A stretch of 64,000 nucleotides of DNA from positions 11,966,001 to 12,030,000 of the forward strand of contig CM059432.1 of the NCBI GenBank assembly GCA_030390025.1, written 5' to 3'. Shown here piece by piece: positions 11,365-24,174 of the stretch. A program made the translations under genes and the position numbers. The notes beneath the pieces were generated by a model, which saw nothing but the letters and a program-made list of their open reading frames with translations, was not told the origin of the DNA and searched no databases. Positions within the stretch are counted from its first letter, which is position 1. The number at the start of each line of letters is the position of its first letter. This stretch comes from Squalus acanthias. Taxonomy: Eukaryota.

Positions 11365-12735
11365 CCCCCACTTCCCTGCTGGTGGCCACCCTTCCCATGG
11401 AAAAACACATCGTCGCCATCGCCTGCGACATGGTGCTGCTCATGTTGGAGATGGGCTCCTCCATTCTCCCTACAATCGCGCACATCACAGCTGGAAAAGC
11501 TGCCAGAGCCTCCCACATTTTTTGCTGCTCCTGTTTGTCGATGGCCCCCGAGGTTCAGCATCTGCATCCAGCTGAGCAGAGCTTGGCACATCCTGCGCCC
11601 TCCGACGAGGAGTCTCCGCTGCTGTCCCTGTCTCCACCATCTGCTCTTGCTCACTTGTGAAGTGTGAGACACCAGGTGACAACACTACTCTATCTCGAAC
11701 AGGATCCACCGAGGTGTGCGTATCTGCGCTGGTGCTGGGTGCGCTTGGGTCTGCTGACAATGCACCCTCAGAGGCTGGAGCTCCTCTGAGGAGTCGTCTT
11801 CCTCCTCCGGCTGGACAGTGGGGGGGGGGGGGGGGGGGGCACTTGATGGACCCGTGGGAGAGTAAAGAGATGAATTAGAAGTATTATGATAAGAATGTTT
11901 TAAGTTACCATTATGCACATGATCATCTTTCACTGACTGCTGACATCAAGTCACCATGAGTGACTGCTGTATGCCATGTGGCTGTATGATATTTAATTCT
12001 GTCACCAGGTTGCTGGGAGGTCCCCCTCTCTCCATCTCCCACCGCCAGCAGCTCCGCAACTCCACTGATGTCCAGCGCCCCCTCCTCTGCTGCTGTCAAT
12101 GGAGTGGTAATTGGAGGGCCACCTCTGGTTCTCTGCCTCTCCCTGGTGTTCTGCGCTCTCTTCTCCTGCAAGGAGGGAAACAAGAGAACTTTGAGTGAGA
12201 GTGATGGAATGAGTGTAAGGGATGGCTGGTCTACATCTGTAGAGGGTGACTATGAGGGAGTGGCGTGACATTGCCAAATAGCCTCCTTCTATGGCGTTAC
12301 TTTCTAGGATTGCATTAGGATGAGGGTGAATGTCAGTGGTGGATAGTCAGATGGGGATGTGAGTAGGTGCACAGAGAGTGAGGGATGGGTGCACCTGCAA
12401 GTTAGGTAGGTGTAAGGAGTGATGTGCAGGAGTAGGCTTGGGAAGGCAGAGTGATGGGGGTTGGGGGTGACACTCACATCAGGATGTAGCTGAATGTGAC
12501 ATTGTACTCACCTTTCCTGACCTCATGAGGTCATTAAATCTCTTCCTGCGTTGTATCCAGAACCCGGTGACAACACTCCTGCTGCTCACTCTCCAGCCGT
12601 GCCCTCTTTGTCTCTGCTGCTGGCCTCTTCCTCCCGTCACCAGGGAAGAGGACCTCACTCACTCACTCCCTGGAGCAGGATTTCCAGGGAGGCATCACTG
12701 AATTTTGGCGTAGCCTTTTGCCGCAGAGCCTGCAT
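11365..12735 (-). pseudogene. Harbinger Myb/SANT-like (NAIF1/MSANTD-like) DNA-binding protein gene, degenerate, three exons
   Basis: Exon 1 12735-12512 MQALRQKATPKFSDASLEILL...WIQRRKRFNDLMRSGK|gtgagt (frameshifted). Exon 2 12165-12006 EKRAQNTRERQRTRGGPP...|gtgac. Exon 3 remnant ~11850-11365. Confidence 0.8.
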
Positions 12736-12762
12736 TTTTCTTTACCAATCGTTAAACCTTTA

Positions 12763-13361
12763 GGGGGCAAAATTGGGTCGCTGCCCCCTTTGGGGCACTA
12801 ACTTTGCCGGGAACTACTTTTAGAACCCCGAAAAGTTAACACCCCCGCGGCCGAAATTCACTGGTAGTGATCCAAGAGCCCTCTTGGGGCACTGCGAGTG
12901 AATAGTGTGGTGCTACGAGCCGCGGTATTGCAGTCCTCTCTCCCCTGGCCTAGCGCAGCACGACCCGGGGCCCAGCTGGGCCACCAGGGATCGGAGTACC
13001 GGCAAAAGAGCCCGCAGGAGGCCAGGGACAGCAACAGGGGCTGGTGCTGGCAAGCGGCCAGCAACTAAAATGGCCACCCAACACCTCCCCTTTAATTTCC
13101 ACCGGCCAGGCCGCACGTACGCCCCCCTGACCATGTCGGACATAGCGCCTGGCGGTAAGTCAGGGGGCGCTACCTAAGATCGCGGCCAGGGCTGAGTGGG
13201 GCACTGCGCACGGCGATGACGTCATCACCGGAGGCGCAGCGCCGCGGGGCACTAACGGTTACCACTGCCGCTAACCTCCCGCTGAATTTCACGGGAGGTG
13301 ATAGCAGTGCCGCGCCCGGACGCTAGTTGCTTTGCGCCCCGTTAGCACCCTCTTTTCCCCC
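12763..13361. mobile_element. Harbinger-type MITE nested in the Harbinger element
   Basis: GGGGGCAAAA ... TTTTCCCCC termini with a TTA TSD (12760-62, 13362-64); the right subterminal region resembles family A. Confidence 0.8.
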
Positions 13362-13449
13362 TTAGAATCAAATCACTTCCTTCCTCTGACACCAATCACT
13401 GTCTCTCTCACCAACCTCTGCAGCACCTCCACCGACCTTCAACTGTCAT

Positions 13450-13608
13450 CTGTTTGTGAGAGCTTGCTTTGCGCAAATTGGCTGCCGCATTTCCTGCATT
13501 ACAACAGTGACTACACTTCAAAAAGTACCTTATTGGCTGTATAGTGATTTGGGACATCCGGTGGTCGTGAAAGACGCTATAGAAATGCAAGTCTTTCTTC
13601 TTCTTTCT
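13450..13608 (+). mobile_element. Deu-SINE 3' fragment
   Basis: ctgtttgtgagagcttgc...gctatagaaatgcaagtctttc. Confidence 0.8.
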
Positions 13609-13699
13609 TCCAGCTCAGGCTTAGCCCAGAGCTGTGGAACCTTGGCGTATGGCTTTCCCCAGAGTTCAGTCTCCTTCCCACATCTAATCTGTCACCAAG

Positions 13700-14125
13700 A
13701 GCACTTTCTTTCACCTCTGCCACATCACCTGCCTCTTCCCCACCTGTCTCCCTCTACTGCCAAAACCCCAATCCACCCTTTTATCACCACTCTCTACTTG
13801 CTGGCTACTCCTGCTTCTACCATTCTACAAATTATCCAGGAGGCCTGTGTTCGTACCCATGCTAAGGTCCACATCCCCATCACCCCTGCCATTGCCAAGC
13901 TTCATTGGCTGCCGAAGGCATAGAGAATTAACTCAGAGAATTCTGATGCTCATCTTCAAATCTCTTCACAGCTTCATCCCTCGCTACCTCTGGGATCTCC
14001 TCCAGCCTTAATATCGCTGCGTGCACCTCTCCAACACTGGCCCACTTCTTGTTGCTTTAATCCACTACTCCACCATCTGCAGGCACTGCGTCACCCGCTC
14101 TGCCACCATCCTCCGGGCCTCCCTC
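13700..14125 (+). mobile_element. Degenerate L2 LINE 3' region
   Basis: ORF tail PITPAIAKLHWLP resembles the L2 ORF2 C-terminal ITP.L..LHWLP motif. Confidence 0.6.
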
Positions 14126-15059
14126 TGTTGGACATCTTGGGGAGTTAAGGGTTAACAGTCGAACTTCTTTGTGTCTGAAAGCAACAGGCTTTCTAGGCTT
14201 TCCGATATAAACAGGATGACTTTGAAGTGTGGTGAGGAGAAAGCATGGCTTGCCTTCTGATATGTAAAGTGCTTGTGTAAGGAAATAAGTGTAGGTAATA
14301 AAATGTCACTTTAGTTTTAGGGGTAGCGAGTCCATTTGCTAAAGATAACAGTAGGTAAAGGAAGTCTTGTTTAAGGGAAGTGGTTTTGAAGTAAACAACT
14401 GCAAACTGTTTACATGAATAGTCTGTTTTCAAAGGGTTTGGGAATAGATACGTCATACAGTCTTATCTATGACATTTTCCTTTGATGTAGTCAAAATATG
14501 GTGTATAAAGGACCATGGCTTCCAACAGTTTGTCAAGGAAGTTGATTGCTAACACCCTCCCTCTGCATCTTTACCTTGTCGGCCCTTTTGACTGTGCTTT
14601 TACTCGCTCTTGACTCACTTCCCTTCCTCCCCCAACACCCTCCCCACCCACCAGCACCACTTGATGTCCACTTGCTATCCAGCACCCTGTAAAATGCTTC
14701 CAGGTGTATCTTTGCATTTAACCAGTGCTATAGAAATGTAGGCTGCTGTTTGTTGTTATCACTGGAAATAGAACTTGAGAAACGTAAGGTATGGAATGAG
14801 AAAAAGTCATTAGGCCCATTGAACTTGTCATAAATCGCAAGTAACAACTCAGGAAGTACTACTGGGCGGCCAGCTGGGGCGCCGTCCAGGGAGTATAAAT
14901 ACTCAGGCATGGGCCCACCTTGGGCAGAGACAATCTGGAAACAGGAAGCTAGTGACTGCTAACTAGACCTCCATGTTTTGTTACAAGTTGATTAAAGCCT
15001 TGCTTTATGTTCAAGTGCGTAGTGAGTCTTTATTACATCAGAACTAACTTCTTCTAACA
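14126..15059 (+). mobile_element. Possible solo LTR
   Basis: TGTTGGA...TCTAACA imperfect inverted termini, TATAAA at ~14895 and ATTAAA at ~14991; no TSD found. Confidence 0.4.
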
Positions 15060-15189
15060 AACTATTTCAAGTTTACACCATCAAGGTGGGCAGGGTGGGG
15101 GCAACCCAGGAGTTTTGAAAGACCCCCGCAGCTCTGCATAATATTTCCTACCTCATAATATTTTTATGTCAATATTTATTGCCTTATCC

Positions 15190-16050
15190 AGGGGTCACAG
15201 TCTCAGAATAAGGGGTCGGCCATTTCGGACTGAGATGAGGAGATATTTCTTCACTCAAAGGGTTGTCAATCTTTGGAATTCTCTATCCCAGAGAGCTGTG
15301 GATGCTCAGTCGTTGAGTATATTCATAGAAACATAGAAACATAGAAGATAGGAGCAGGAGTACGCCATTCGGCCCCTCTAGCCTGCTCCGCCATTCAATG
15401 CGATCATGGCTGATCATCCAAATTCAGTACCCTGTCCCTGCTTTCTCCCCATATCCCTTGATCACTTTAGCCTTAAGAAATATATCCAACTCCTTCTTGA
15501 ATATATTTAATAAATTGGCCTCTACTGCCTTCTGTGGTAGAGAATTCCACAGGTTCACCACTCTCTGGGTGAAGAAATTCCTCCTCATTTCTGTCCTAAA
15601 TGGCTTACCCCTTATCCTTAGACTGTGACCCCTGGTTCTGGATTCCCCGACCATCGGGAACATCCTTCCTGCATCTAGTCTGTCCAGTCCTTTCAGAATT
15701 TTATAAGTTTCAATGAGATCCCCTCTCATTCTTCTAAACTCCAGCGAGTATAAGCCCAATCGACCCAATCTCTCCTCATACGTCATTCCTGCCATCCCAG
15801 GTATCAGCCTGGTGAATCTTCGCTGAACTCCTTCCATGGCAAGAACATCCTTCCTCAGATAAGGCGACCAAAACTGCACACATGGCAGAGATCGATAGAT
15901 TTTTGGATACTAAGGGAATCAAGGGATATGTGAATAGTGCGGGAAGGTGGAGTTGAGGCAGAAGATCAGCCATGATCTTATTGAATGGCAGAGCCGGATC
16001 GAAGGGCCGAATGGCCGACTCCTGCTCCTAATTCTTATGTTCTTATGTTC
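15190..16050. mobile_element. CR1 fragment (plus) with a nested opposite-strand CR1 (about 15325-15880)
   Basis: The plus copy breaks at gagtatattca and resumes at catggcagagatcg; the inner ORF 15424-15879 is an intact CR1 ORF2 C-terminus. Confidence 0.85.
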
Positions 16051-16644
16051 TATCTGTCTTGGGTTTGGTTCAGTTCAGTTCACCTCTGCTCAGCCCCGAG
16101 CGGACTCCAGTACTCCAAGACTGTGGTTAGTGGGAGTTGAGTTGAGCCTGCGTTCAGCTTCTGGTCACTATATTTAGGCTGAGTTGAGGATGGAGCCAGG
16201 GCCTGGAGCTGTTGTTGGGCTGTAGGTAGCAGAGGTCTCGAAAACCATAGACGAGTCTCAGGATGTGAATAGCCAGCAGACACAGACAGGTCTAAGCCTG
16301 AGATTGAGCCAGGCCTGCTGGTAGCAGGGTTTTTTTTGGGGCCGAGACTGATATTAGGAGTGTGAAGTCAGCCTGGGCCTCGATCTCTGAGTCAGGGCAG
16401 CTGGTATAATTCACTTCCGCAGATGAGATGAGTGGGAACTCCCCTGCATCTTGATTCATCCATAATTTACTTAATCTCCTGAGGGAAGTGAACAGCCACA
16501 GGCAGATCGTGCAAGTGAGGAATACTCAGTGGAATTTCTTCCTGACCATGAAGGTAATTGAGTGAATACTCTGGGCCGTACAGTCTAACATTACAATCCA
16601 CATTATGTAACTGTGACCGATTACATTCCACTCTTGATGCTCCA

Positions 16645-17310
16645 TAGGATATACGGCACAGGAACAGGCCCTTCGGCCCAACCAGTCCATGCCGGCGTTT
16701 ATGCTCCACTCGAGCCTCCTCCCGTCTTTCCTCATCTCACTCTATCAGCGTAACCCTCTTTTTCCCTTCTCCCTCATATGCTTGTCCAGCCTCCCCTTAA
16801 ATGCATCTATACTGTTCGCATCAACCACTCCCTGTGGTAGCGAGTTCCACATTCTCACCACTTTCTTGGTGACTATCTTATATTGATGTCCTCTAGTTAT
16901 GCTCTTCCCCACAAGTGGAAACATTCTCTCTGTATCCACTCTCTCAAAACCTTTCACAATCTTAAAGACCTCTATTAGGTCACCCCTCAGCCTTCTTTTT
17001 TCAAACGAAAAGTGACCCAGCCTGTTCATCCTTTCCTGATAGGTGTACCCTCGCATTTATCTGTGTTGAACTTCATTTGCCAATTATATGCCCATTCTGC
17101 AAGTTTATTAATGTCTTCCTGTAATTTGTTGCAGTCCTCCTCAGCATTGACTATCCCCCCCCCCCCCCCAATTGGGTGTCATCTGCAAATTTAGAAATTG
17201 TGCTTTTGATTCCAAAGTCTAAATCGTTAATATAAATTGTGAACAGCAGTGGTCCCAGCACTGATCCTTGTGGAACACCACTACCTACCTTCTGCCACTG
17301 TGAATAGCTA
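16645..17310 (-). mobile_element. CR1-type LINE fragment with internal deletions
   Basis: RT motifs [21 protein letters not shown]...SKFADDT and C-terminal RRLRGDLIEVFK. Confidence 0.85.
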
Positions 17311-17617
17311 ATGCTTTTGTCCCATGTTCGGAAACACACAGAATAATGAAAATCAATGAAGGTATTGCACAGTACCTCATTCCTATCACCAAAATCGACA
17401 AGCAGATACCATTTATCACAGGCCTGACAGCTAGATTTCCCAATTGGCGTTGGCCATTAATTTTTTAAACGGTTTAATGCCAGTGTTAAGATAATGTTGA
17501 TCGGAAAATCTGCCTGTGTCTCCACTCTGCCTTTGTAAACTAATCCCATGAATCTCACTACATGAGCAGGAAACTTGCCTGGTTAAAAGTGACCGAGTGC
17601 ATCAGCCACATTCCAGT

Positions 17618-18088
17618 GTCAGCTGTGGCTCAGTGGGTAGCACACGTGCCTCTGAGTCAGAAGGTTGTGGGTTCAAGTCCCAACTCCAGGGAGATGAGCA
17701 AAAAATCTAGGCTGACACTCCAGTGCAGTACTGCGGGAGTGCTGCACTGTCAGAGGTGCCGTCTTTCAAATGAGATATTAAACCGAGGCTCTGTCTGCTC
17801 TCTCAGGTGGACGTAAAAGATCCCGTGGCCACTATTTTGAAGAAGAGTAGGGGAGTTATCCCCGGTGTCCTGGCCAATATTTATCCCTCAACCAACATAA
17901 CAAAAACAGATTATCTGGTCATTATCACATTGCTGTGTGTGGGATCTTGCTGTGCGCAAATTAGCTGCTGCGTTTCCTACATTACAACAGTGTCTACACT
18001 TCAAAAAGTACTTCATTGGTTGTAAAGCGCTTTGAGACGTCCTGAGGTCGTGAACGGTGCTATTGAAATGCAAGTCTTTTTTTTCTTT
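17618..18088 (+). mobile_element. Deu-domain tRNA SINE
   Basis: Full-length match to 2400-2868. Confidence 0.85.
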
Positions 18089-18699
18089 TACACACATTAT
18101 ATAGAATACGGCTAAATAATTCTATCAGGGAAAAGAGGGCAATAACTATCAGAGTTCCTTACCGACACAACAAAGCTGCATCGGACAGAATGGGGCGCAC
18201 ACAAAGCAGTCGTGTATTTGGATGTCATTATCCGGGAATTCGATGTCTGTATTTCATATTTTGATTATGCTCTGTATTTATGTGCGCTCCTTATTTTGGG
18301 AGGAGGGGCATAAGCTCGGCCAAATTTCTGCTTTCCTCGTCTGCTAATTCTCGCCGGTTATTTCTCTCGGGTTTTTAAATCCGTCGATACATTTTAAGTC
18401 ATTTTCCTGACGGTTGACATGTTGAAGGTTTTGGGGTGGATCCCCTTCTGTCATCTTATTTCAAATGCTTTCATTGTAAAAGCATTCTGATGTCGATTTG
18501 CCTCCTTTCATGCCCCTCAGTTTTCCAGGGCTCCAGCACTCGTATGTCTATCTGGGTTACTGTGTCCATATCCACTTGGTAACTACCTGCTGCATTGTTG
18601 CTCCCTTCCATCTGGGATCTTGGTTACTCTCCCTCCCCTGCCCCAATCTAGTTTCAATGATTTTCAATTGCTGGTTCAATGTTCCTCACAAGTCTCTTC

Positions 18700-20835
18700 G
18701 GGCTAGAAATTCCTGCCCTCAGCGCCACTCCGTAGCGCCATTAAATGGCGCTAAAACCCCGGCCGCCGCTCTTTCACCAGCTGGTGGCAGGTCCCGCGGC
18801 GGCTGCCGTTTTCGTGCTTACCTTTGCGCTGCCGGTAACTGGCAGCGCCATGCTGAAAATAAATGGCAGCATGGTGACATCAATCGGCGCGCAACGCCGA
18901 CTTAACTTTACAACGCGAACTTCGACCCCAGCGCTGGGTCCTAAGCACGCCAAGTAAACCTGGCGTGCAAGCAGGCTGACAGTGGCGATGTCAGCACCCC
19001 GTAAAGGGACACACACATCTTTCAGGTGAGTTTGTATTTAAGCTTTTGGACTGTTTTTTTTTTGATTTTATTGAAGTGGTGGCTTGCTGCAATAGATGTT
19101 AAAAAAAAATGTTATGTGTCGGGAGTGCTGCTGGACGCTTGCAAGGGCTCGGATGGTAAATGAAGGCCTTTGAGAAGACAGAACATGCTGCAAATACTAA
19201 GCAGGTCAGGCAACATCCATGGAGAGAAAAGGGGTTCATGTCTCAGGTCGAGATGCTGCCTGACCAGCTGAGTATTTCCAGCATTTTATGCTGTCATTTC
19301 AGATTTACAGCATCCGCTCGCAGAGGGAAGAGGAAGACACAGAAGAGGAGGAAGCAGACGGAAGGATGCATCCCAGACATCCCCTTTGTGGCTGGGATGT
19401 CCGGGATGGAATCATCCACCTGCGGTCCCAGTAACCACAATTCTCCTTTAGTCCCACACCTTACCTTCCCTCGGTTACTGACCATCATAGTGTTCTCTTG
19501 GCTATGATGCTGAAATAAAAGCCACCACAAAGCAAACTCTCCAATCCAACTTTATACCTCTCCAAATTTCCAGTATGACATCAAGAAATCAACTCATCAC
19601 CCATATGCATTCTCTTAGTGACTGTCTTGTGTGTGCCTTTGCCTATCCTACTGATGTCATGCAGTGCTACCCCAGTGGCTGGAAGGCTGCTGACTTTCAG
19701 TGGGGGACACTGCAAATGGCCTTGCTCGTTGACCTTGAGGAGCTGGTGGCTGGGAGTGTCAAATCAACCTTTTTCTTCTTCTTCTTCTTCACTCTCCTCT
19801 CCCTCTTCTTGGTCACCCACTGGCTGGGCAGGCTGCATTTCTGAGGAAGGCACAAGGGTGGAGTTGTGGTGACGGGAGGGTGGGAAAGCATGAGGTGCAT
19901 GCCAGAAGGAGGATAACGTACGAGGATACCAGCATTTTGTATCCTTTCAGCCCCGCTGTTGGCCAAGGGCTCAGCCATGCCTCTGCCAACAATGTACAGT
20001 CTCCTCCAAGGAATGGGAGATATGCCTTTTGATTGGTGAAGATTGTTGGTAGGTGAGTGATTGGGGGTCGTGCATTGAGCAATGTGTGAGGCTAGTGGTG
20101 AAGTTGGTAGGTGACGGCTTTTGAAGATGCATTCACTGACCTTGACCAGTGGTCTGAGGTCATGAAGCTTCTTTGGGCACTGGAGCCAGGTGGTGGTGGG
20201 AGCGGGGGGGGCGACACTGCTGACAGTGACGGCCTCAGTGATGTACTCCCACATCCTTCTTTCTGGAGGGCCTCCTGGACCCTGTGGGTAGAGGACCTGT
20301 CTTGCAGTGTTGACCCCCTTCACAAAGCTAGAGTGCTGCGTGTGAGGCCCTGGGTGCCCCTTCCCTGGCTTGCTGAGCCATTTGTGTTAGTGCTGAAGCA
20401 GTTTTCCCATTTTTGGAGGTTAGGAAGGGAATTTAGCTTTAAGAGCTGAATATTCACATTTGGGACTTCTTTTTAATGTTAATTTTTTTGGAAAGGCAGA
20501 AAGGGCTGAAAACGGCATTGTTTCACTGCTTTTTAATTTGTATTAGTTCTGAGCGCATGGCCCCTTTAATTCACAGGCCTCTTCATTGCCCACAATTCCT
20601 CGTGAACTCCACAGCCTCGATTCCGGAGGCTGTGCGAGGCTCGAACGCCGGACCTGGACAGGAACTTCGGGTCGGAAGCCTCCAGCAACGCCACCAGGAC
20701 GGCATTGCACGGAAGGTAAACGCTGCGCCACCAATCTCCATCCCCCCCAGATGAATTTAGCCCCGTTAGCGTTGCGACCATTTTCAGCGACCATGAACTC
20801 CGGCAACTTTCGTGGGTACCACAAATTTCTGGGCC
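18700..20835. mobile_element. Degenerate Harbinger element with Myb-like gene remnant (minus, ~20380-20135)
   Basis: Imperfect TIRs GGGCTAGAAATT / AATTTCTGGGCC; remnant ...RQVLYPQG...WEYITEAV...TWLQCPKKLHDL...K|gtcagt. Confidence 0.7.
19178..19317. mobile_element. Penelope-like terminal fold-back fragment
   Basis: atgctgcaaatactaagcaggtcaggcaacatc ... gatgctgcctgaccagctgagtatttccagcat is inverted; same family as 45905-46128. Confidence 0.6.
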
Positions 20836-20837
20836 TT

Positions 20838-21226
20838 ACATAGAAACATAGAAGATAGGAGCAGGAGTAGGCCATTCAGCCCCTCGAGCCTGCTCTGCCA
20901 TTCAATGAGATCATGGCTGATCATCCAAATTCAGTACCCTGTCCCTGCTTTCTCCCCATATCCCTTGATCCCTTTAGCTTTAAGAAATATATCTAACTCC
21001 TTCTTGAATATATTTAATGAATTGGCCTCTACTGCCTTCTGTGGTAGAGAATTCCACAGGTTCACCACTCTCTGGGTGAAGAAATTCCTCCTCATCTCAG
21101 TCCTAAATGGCTTACCCCTTATCCTTAGACTGTGACCCCTGGTTCTGGACTCCCCGGCCATCGGGAACATCCTTCCTGCATCTAGTCTGTCTGGTCCTGT
21201 TAGAATTTTATAAGTTTCAATGAGTT
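20838..21226 (-). mobile_element. CR1-type LINE 3' fragment
   Basis: Near-identical to 15325-15720. Confidence 0.85.
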
Positions 21227-21636
21227 CTTACGTTACTTAGACACAGCCTTCTCTCCTATACGATTCCTTTTTATTCTGTAAATGCTCCCAATTGTTCACG
21301 AAGGTAAGTTTGTAGTTTTGACAACAGGTTGCCAGCCAAACGTTTACAACCTCGATTTGTTTTTTGGGTGAACTCCCCTCCGTTCCCAAACACAGAACGA
21401 AAAACAGAGAACATTCATTTGCACCCCCTATCTTTGAGTTTTGAGGCATTCCTTGTGTATGTGCCTTTTAAGACCCCTATATTATTTCTCCATATGTCAT
21501 TTATATACATAAAAAGGAAAAAAAATTGCAGGGCTATGGGGAAAGAGCAGGGGAGAGTGGGACTAATTGGATAGCACTACCAAAGAGCCGGCACAGGCAC
21601 GATGGGCCTCCCTTTTCCTCACTCAAACTACTGGTT

Positions 21637-22090
21637 TCAGCTGTGGCTCAGTCGGTAGCACAACTCACTTCTGAGGTCAGAAGGTTGTAGGTTCAAGTCC
21701 CACTGCACGAGACTTGAGTACAAAAATCCAGGCTGACACTGCAGGGGAGTGCTGCACTGTCGGAGGTGCTATCTTTCAGACGAGACTGTTAAACCAAGGC
21801 CCCGTCTGCTCTCTGGATGTATAAATGGTCCTATGACACTATTTCAAAGAAGAGCAGGGGAGTTATTCCTGGTGTCCTGGGGCCCTCAATCAACATAAGT
21901 AAAAAACAGATTATCTGGTCATTATCACATTGCTTTTTGTGGGAGCTTGCTGTGCGCAAATTGGCTGCCGTGTTTCCTACATTACAACAGTGACTACACT
22001 TTAAAAAGTGCTTCATTGACTGTAAAGCGCTTTGGGACATCCTGCGGTTGTGAAAGGCGCTATAGAAATGCAAGTCTTTCTTTTTCTTTT
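21637..22090 (+). mobile_element. Deu-domain tRNA SINE
   Basis: Match to 2400-2868 with small deletions. Confidence 0.85.
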
Positions 22091-22720
22091 ACAAGGTAGA
22101 TGGGCCGTATCGAGGGCCTTGTCTTTACAACAGGAGAAGCTATCTATTCTCCTGAGCAATGGGATGAAAATTGGATGGGTTTGATAACGGGCGGTCGATC
22201 GACTCCACCTGAAGGTGAGAATTCTCCTCATTGGGTCTACTGCAACTTTACGATTGCCACTAAAGCTGGACTCAGGAGCAGCATCAATTGAACGATGCCA
22301 TTATGAAGCTCCGATTATCGAGTCTATTCAAACAAATGTTTATTGTAAGATTGGGGTGGATTCAGCTGTCCACTGCCACTTGTGTTGTCACTAATCACTC
22401 AACAACAGGGACTATGTTTGCAGCATGTGCTGTGGGTTTTGTCAACAGGAGAATCTTGTTTCAGGAAGGAAAGATACACGATAACGTGGGGCCTTTAGGA
22501 GATCACACCTTACCATAGCCAGTTCAAGTACACTACATGGGTCTCATGTTAACGATAACATTTACCAAGCCCATTACCTTTTTATATTCTGAACTTTCTT
22601 TGCTTTTGAGGCATAGAATATAAGAGCAGGGAGGTTATGCTAGAACTGTATAAAACACTAGTTAGGCCACAGCTAGAGTACTGCATACAGTTCTGGTTAC
22701 CACATTACAGGAAAGATGTT

Positions 22721-23480
22721 GGGCCAGAAATTCGGCTCCCTGGCTTCCCGCGGGTGCAAGGATCGCGCGCGCACCTACCTACCGCGCCTGCCGTTGACCT
22801 CTGGGCCCACGAGGAATTCCGGTCCTGGGCCTCCTCCAACTGCCAGCGCGCAGTGCTTGCGTATCCCAGGGGCGTAGTTAGTGCGATGTGTCCCCTGGGA
22901 TCTCATGGGCCATGGAGAGCCAATGGCAGCAGACCATCTTTCATTCATAGATTTGACAGACCTGTCAAATCTATGAATACAGATCGGCCCCAAAACATCC
23001 CTAAAACTACAAATACATTTTTTTTTAAATCACATTTTTAAAATAACTATAAATTACATTAATTAACTATTTTAAACAAAAATTTTAATTTTTGAAAAAA
23101 TTAATTACACTTTTTAACGGGGTTAAAACTAAACTTACCTTTCTTTAAAGTAATTAAAAAAGATAAATCTGTGAAGAAAATGTTTAAATTTTAATAAAAT
23201 CAACACTTACCTTGTTAAAAGAAGGCCTTGCGCCTCCTTTTTCAAAGTGTATCTTCTCCGTGCTTACCCTCACGGAGGAACCTGTAAAAAAAGACGAAGT
23301 GCGAGGCGAACGCGCTGGCCCTCTGGCGTGCGCGTTCGACCTCTGAACCCCTTCCTTCAGGGGAACGGAAGTGCCGGTTTCCTGCGCATGCGCAGTGCAT
23401 GCAAGAAACCGGCACTTTCGTTTCTTCCATGGGTGAGGACACAGTGCGTACTCACCCGTGGCGAGCCTAATTTCTGCCCC
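22721..23480. mobile_element. Harbinger-type MITE inserted in a CR1 fragment (22608-22720, 23481-23512)
   Basis: GGGCCAGAAATT / AATTTCTGCCCC termini with a GTT TSD; CR1 sequence (HYRKDV|IALERVQRR) is continuous across it; AT-rich core. Confidence 0.82.
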
Positions 23481-23519
23481 GTTATTGCACTAGAGAGGGT
23501 ACAGAGGAGAATTTTTGTT

Positions 23520-24160
23520 TTTATATTCGTTCATGGGATGTGGGCGTCGCTGGCAAGGCCAGCATTTATTGCCCATCCCTAATTGCCCTTGAGAAGGTGG
23601 TGGTGAGCCGCCTTCTTGAACCACTGCAGTCCGTGTGGTGAAGGTACTCCCACAGTGCTGTTAGGGAGGGAGTTCCAGATTTTAACCTAGCGACGATGAA
23701 GGAACGGTGATATATTTCCAAGTCAGGATGGTGTGTGACTTGGAGGGGAACTTGGAGGTGGTGGTGTTCCCATGCGCCTGCTGCCCTTGTCCTTCTAGAT
23801 GGTAGAGGTCGCAGGTTTGGGAGGTGCTGCCGAAGAAGCCTTGGCAAGTTGCTGCAGTGCATCTTGTAGATGGTACACACTGCAGCCACGGTACGCCGGT
23901 GGTGGAAGGAGTGAATGTTTAAGGTGGTGGATGGGGTGCCAATCAAGCGGGCTGCTTTGTCTTGGATGGTGTCGAGCTTCTTGAGTGTTGTTGGAGCTGC
24001 ACTCATCCAGGCAAGTGGAGAGTATTCCATCATACTCCTTACTTGTGCCTTGTAGATGGTGGAAAGGCTTTGGGGAGTCAGGAGATGAGACAATCGCTGC
24101 AGAATACCCAGCCTCTGACCTGCTCTTGTTGCCACAGTTTTGATGTGGCTGGTCCAGTTA
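23520..24160 (-). mobile_element. Second CR1-group LINE 3' fragment
   Basis: ORF RAGQRLGILQRLSHLLTPQSLSTIYKAQVRSMMEYSPLAW...LDTIQDKAARLIG (RT C-terminal region). Confidence 0.8.
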
Positions 24161-24174
24161 AGTGACCCCCAGGA

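Larger units (their letters stand above)
10203..13450. mobile_element. Internally deleted two-gene PIF/Harbinger DNA transposon
   Basis: HARBI1-like transposase on plus and a spliced Myb/SANT-like gene on minus, convergent. The left end is TIR-like (ggctggagttttcc); the right end is lost at a SINE fragment. Confidence 0.85.
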
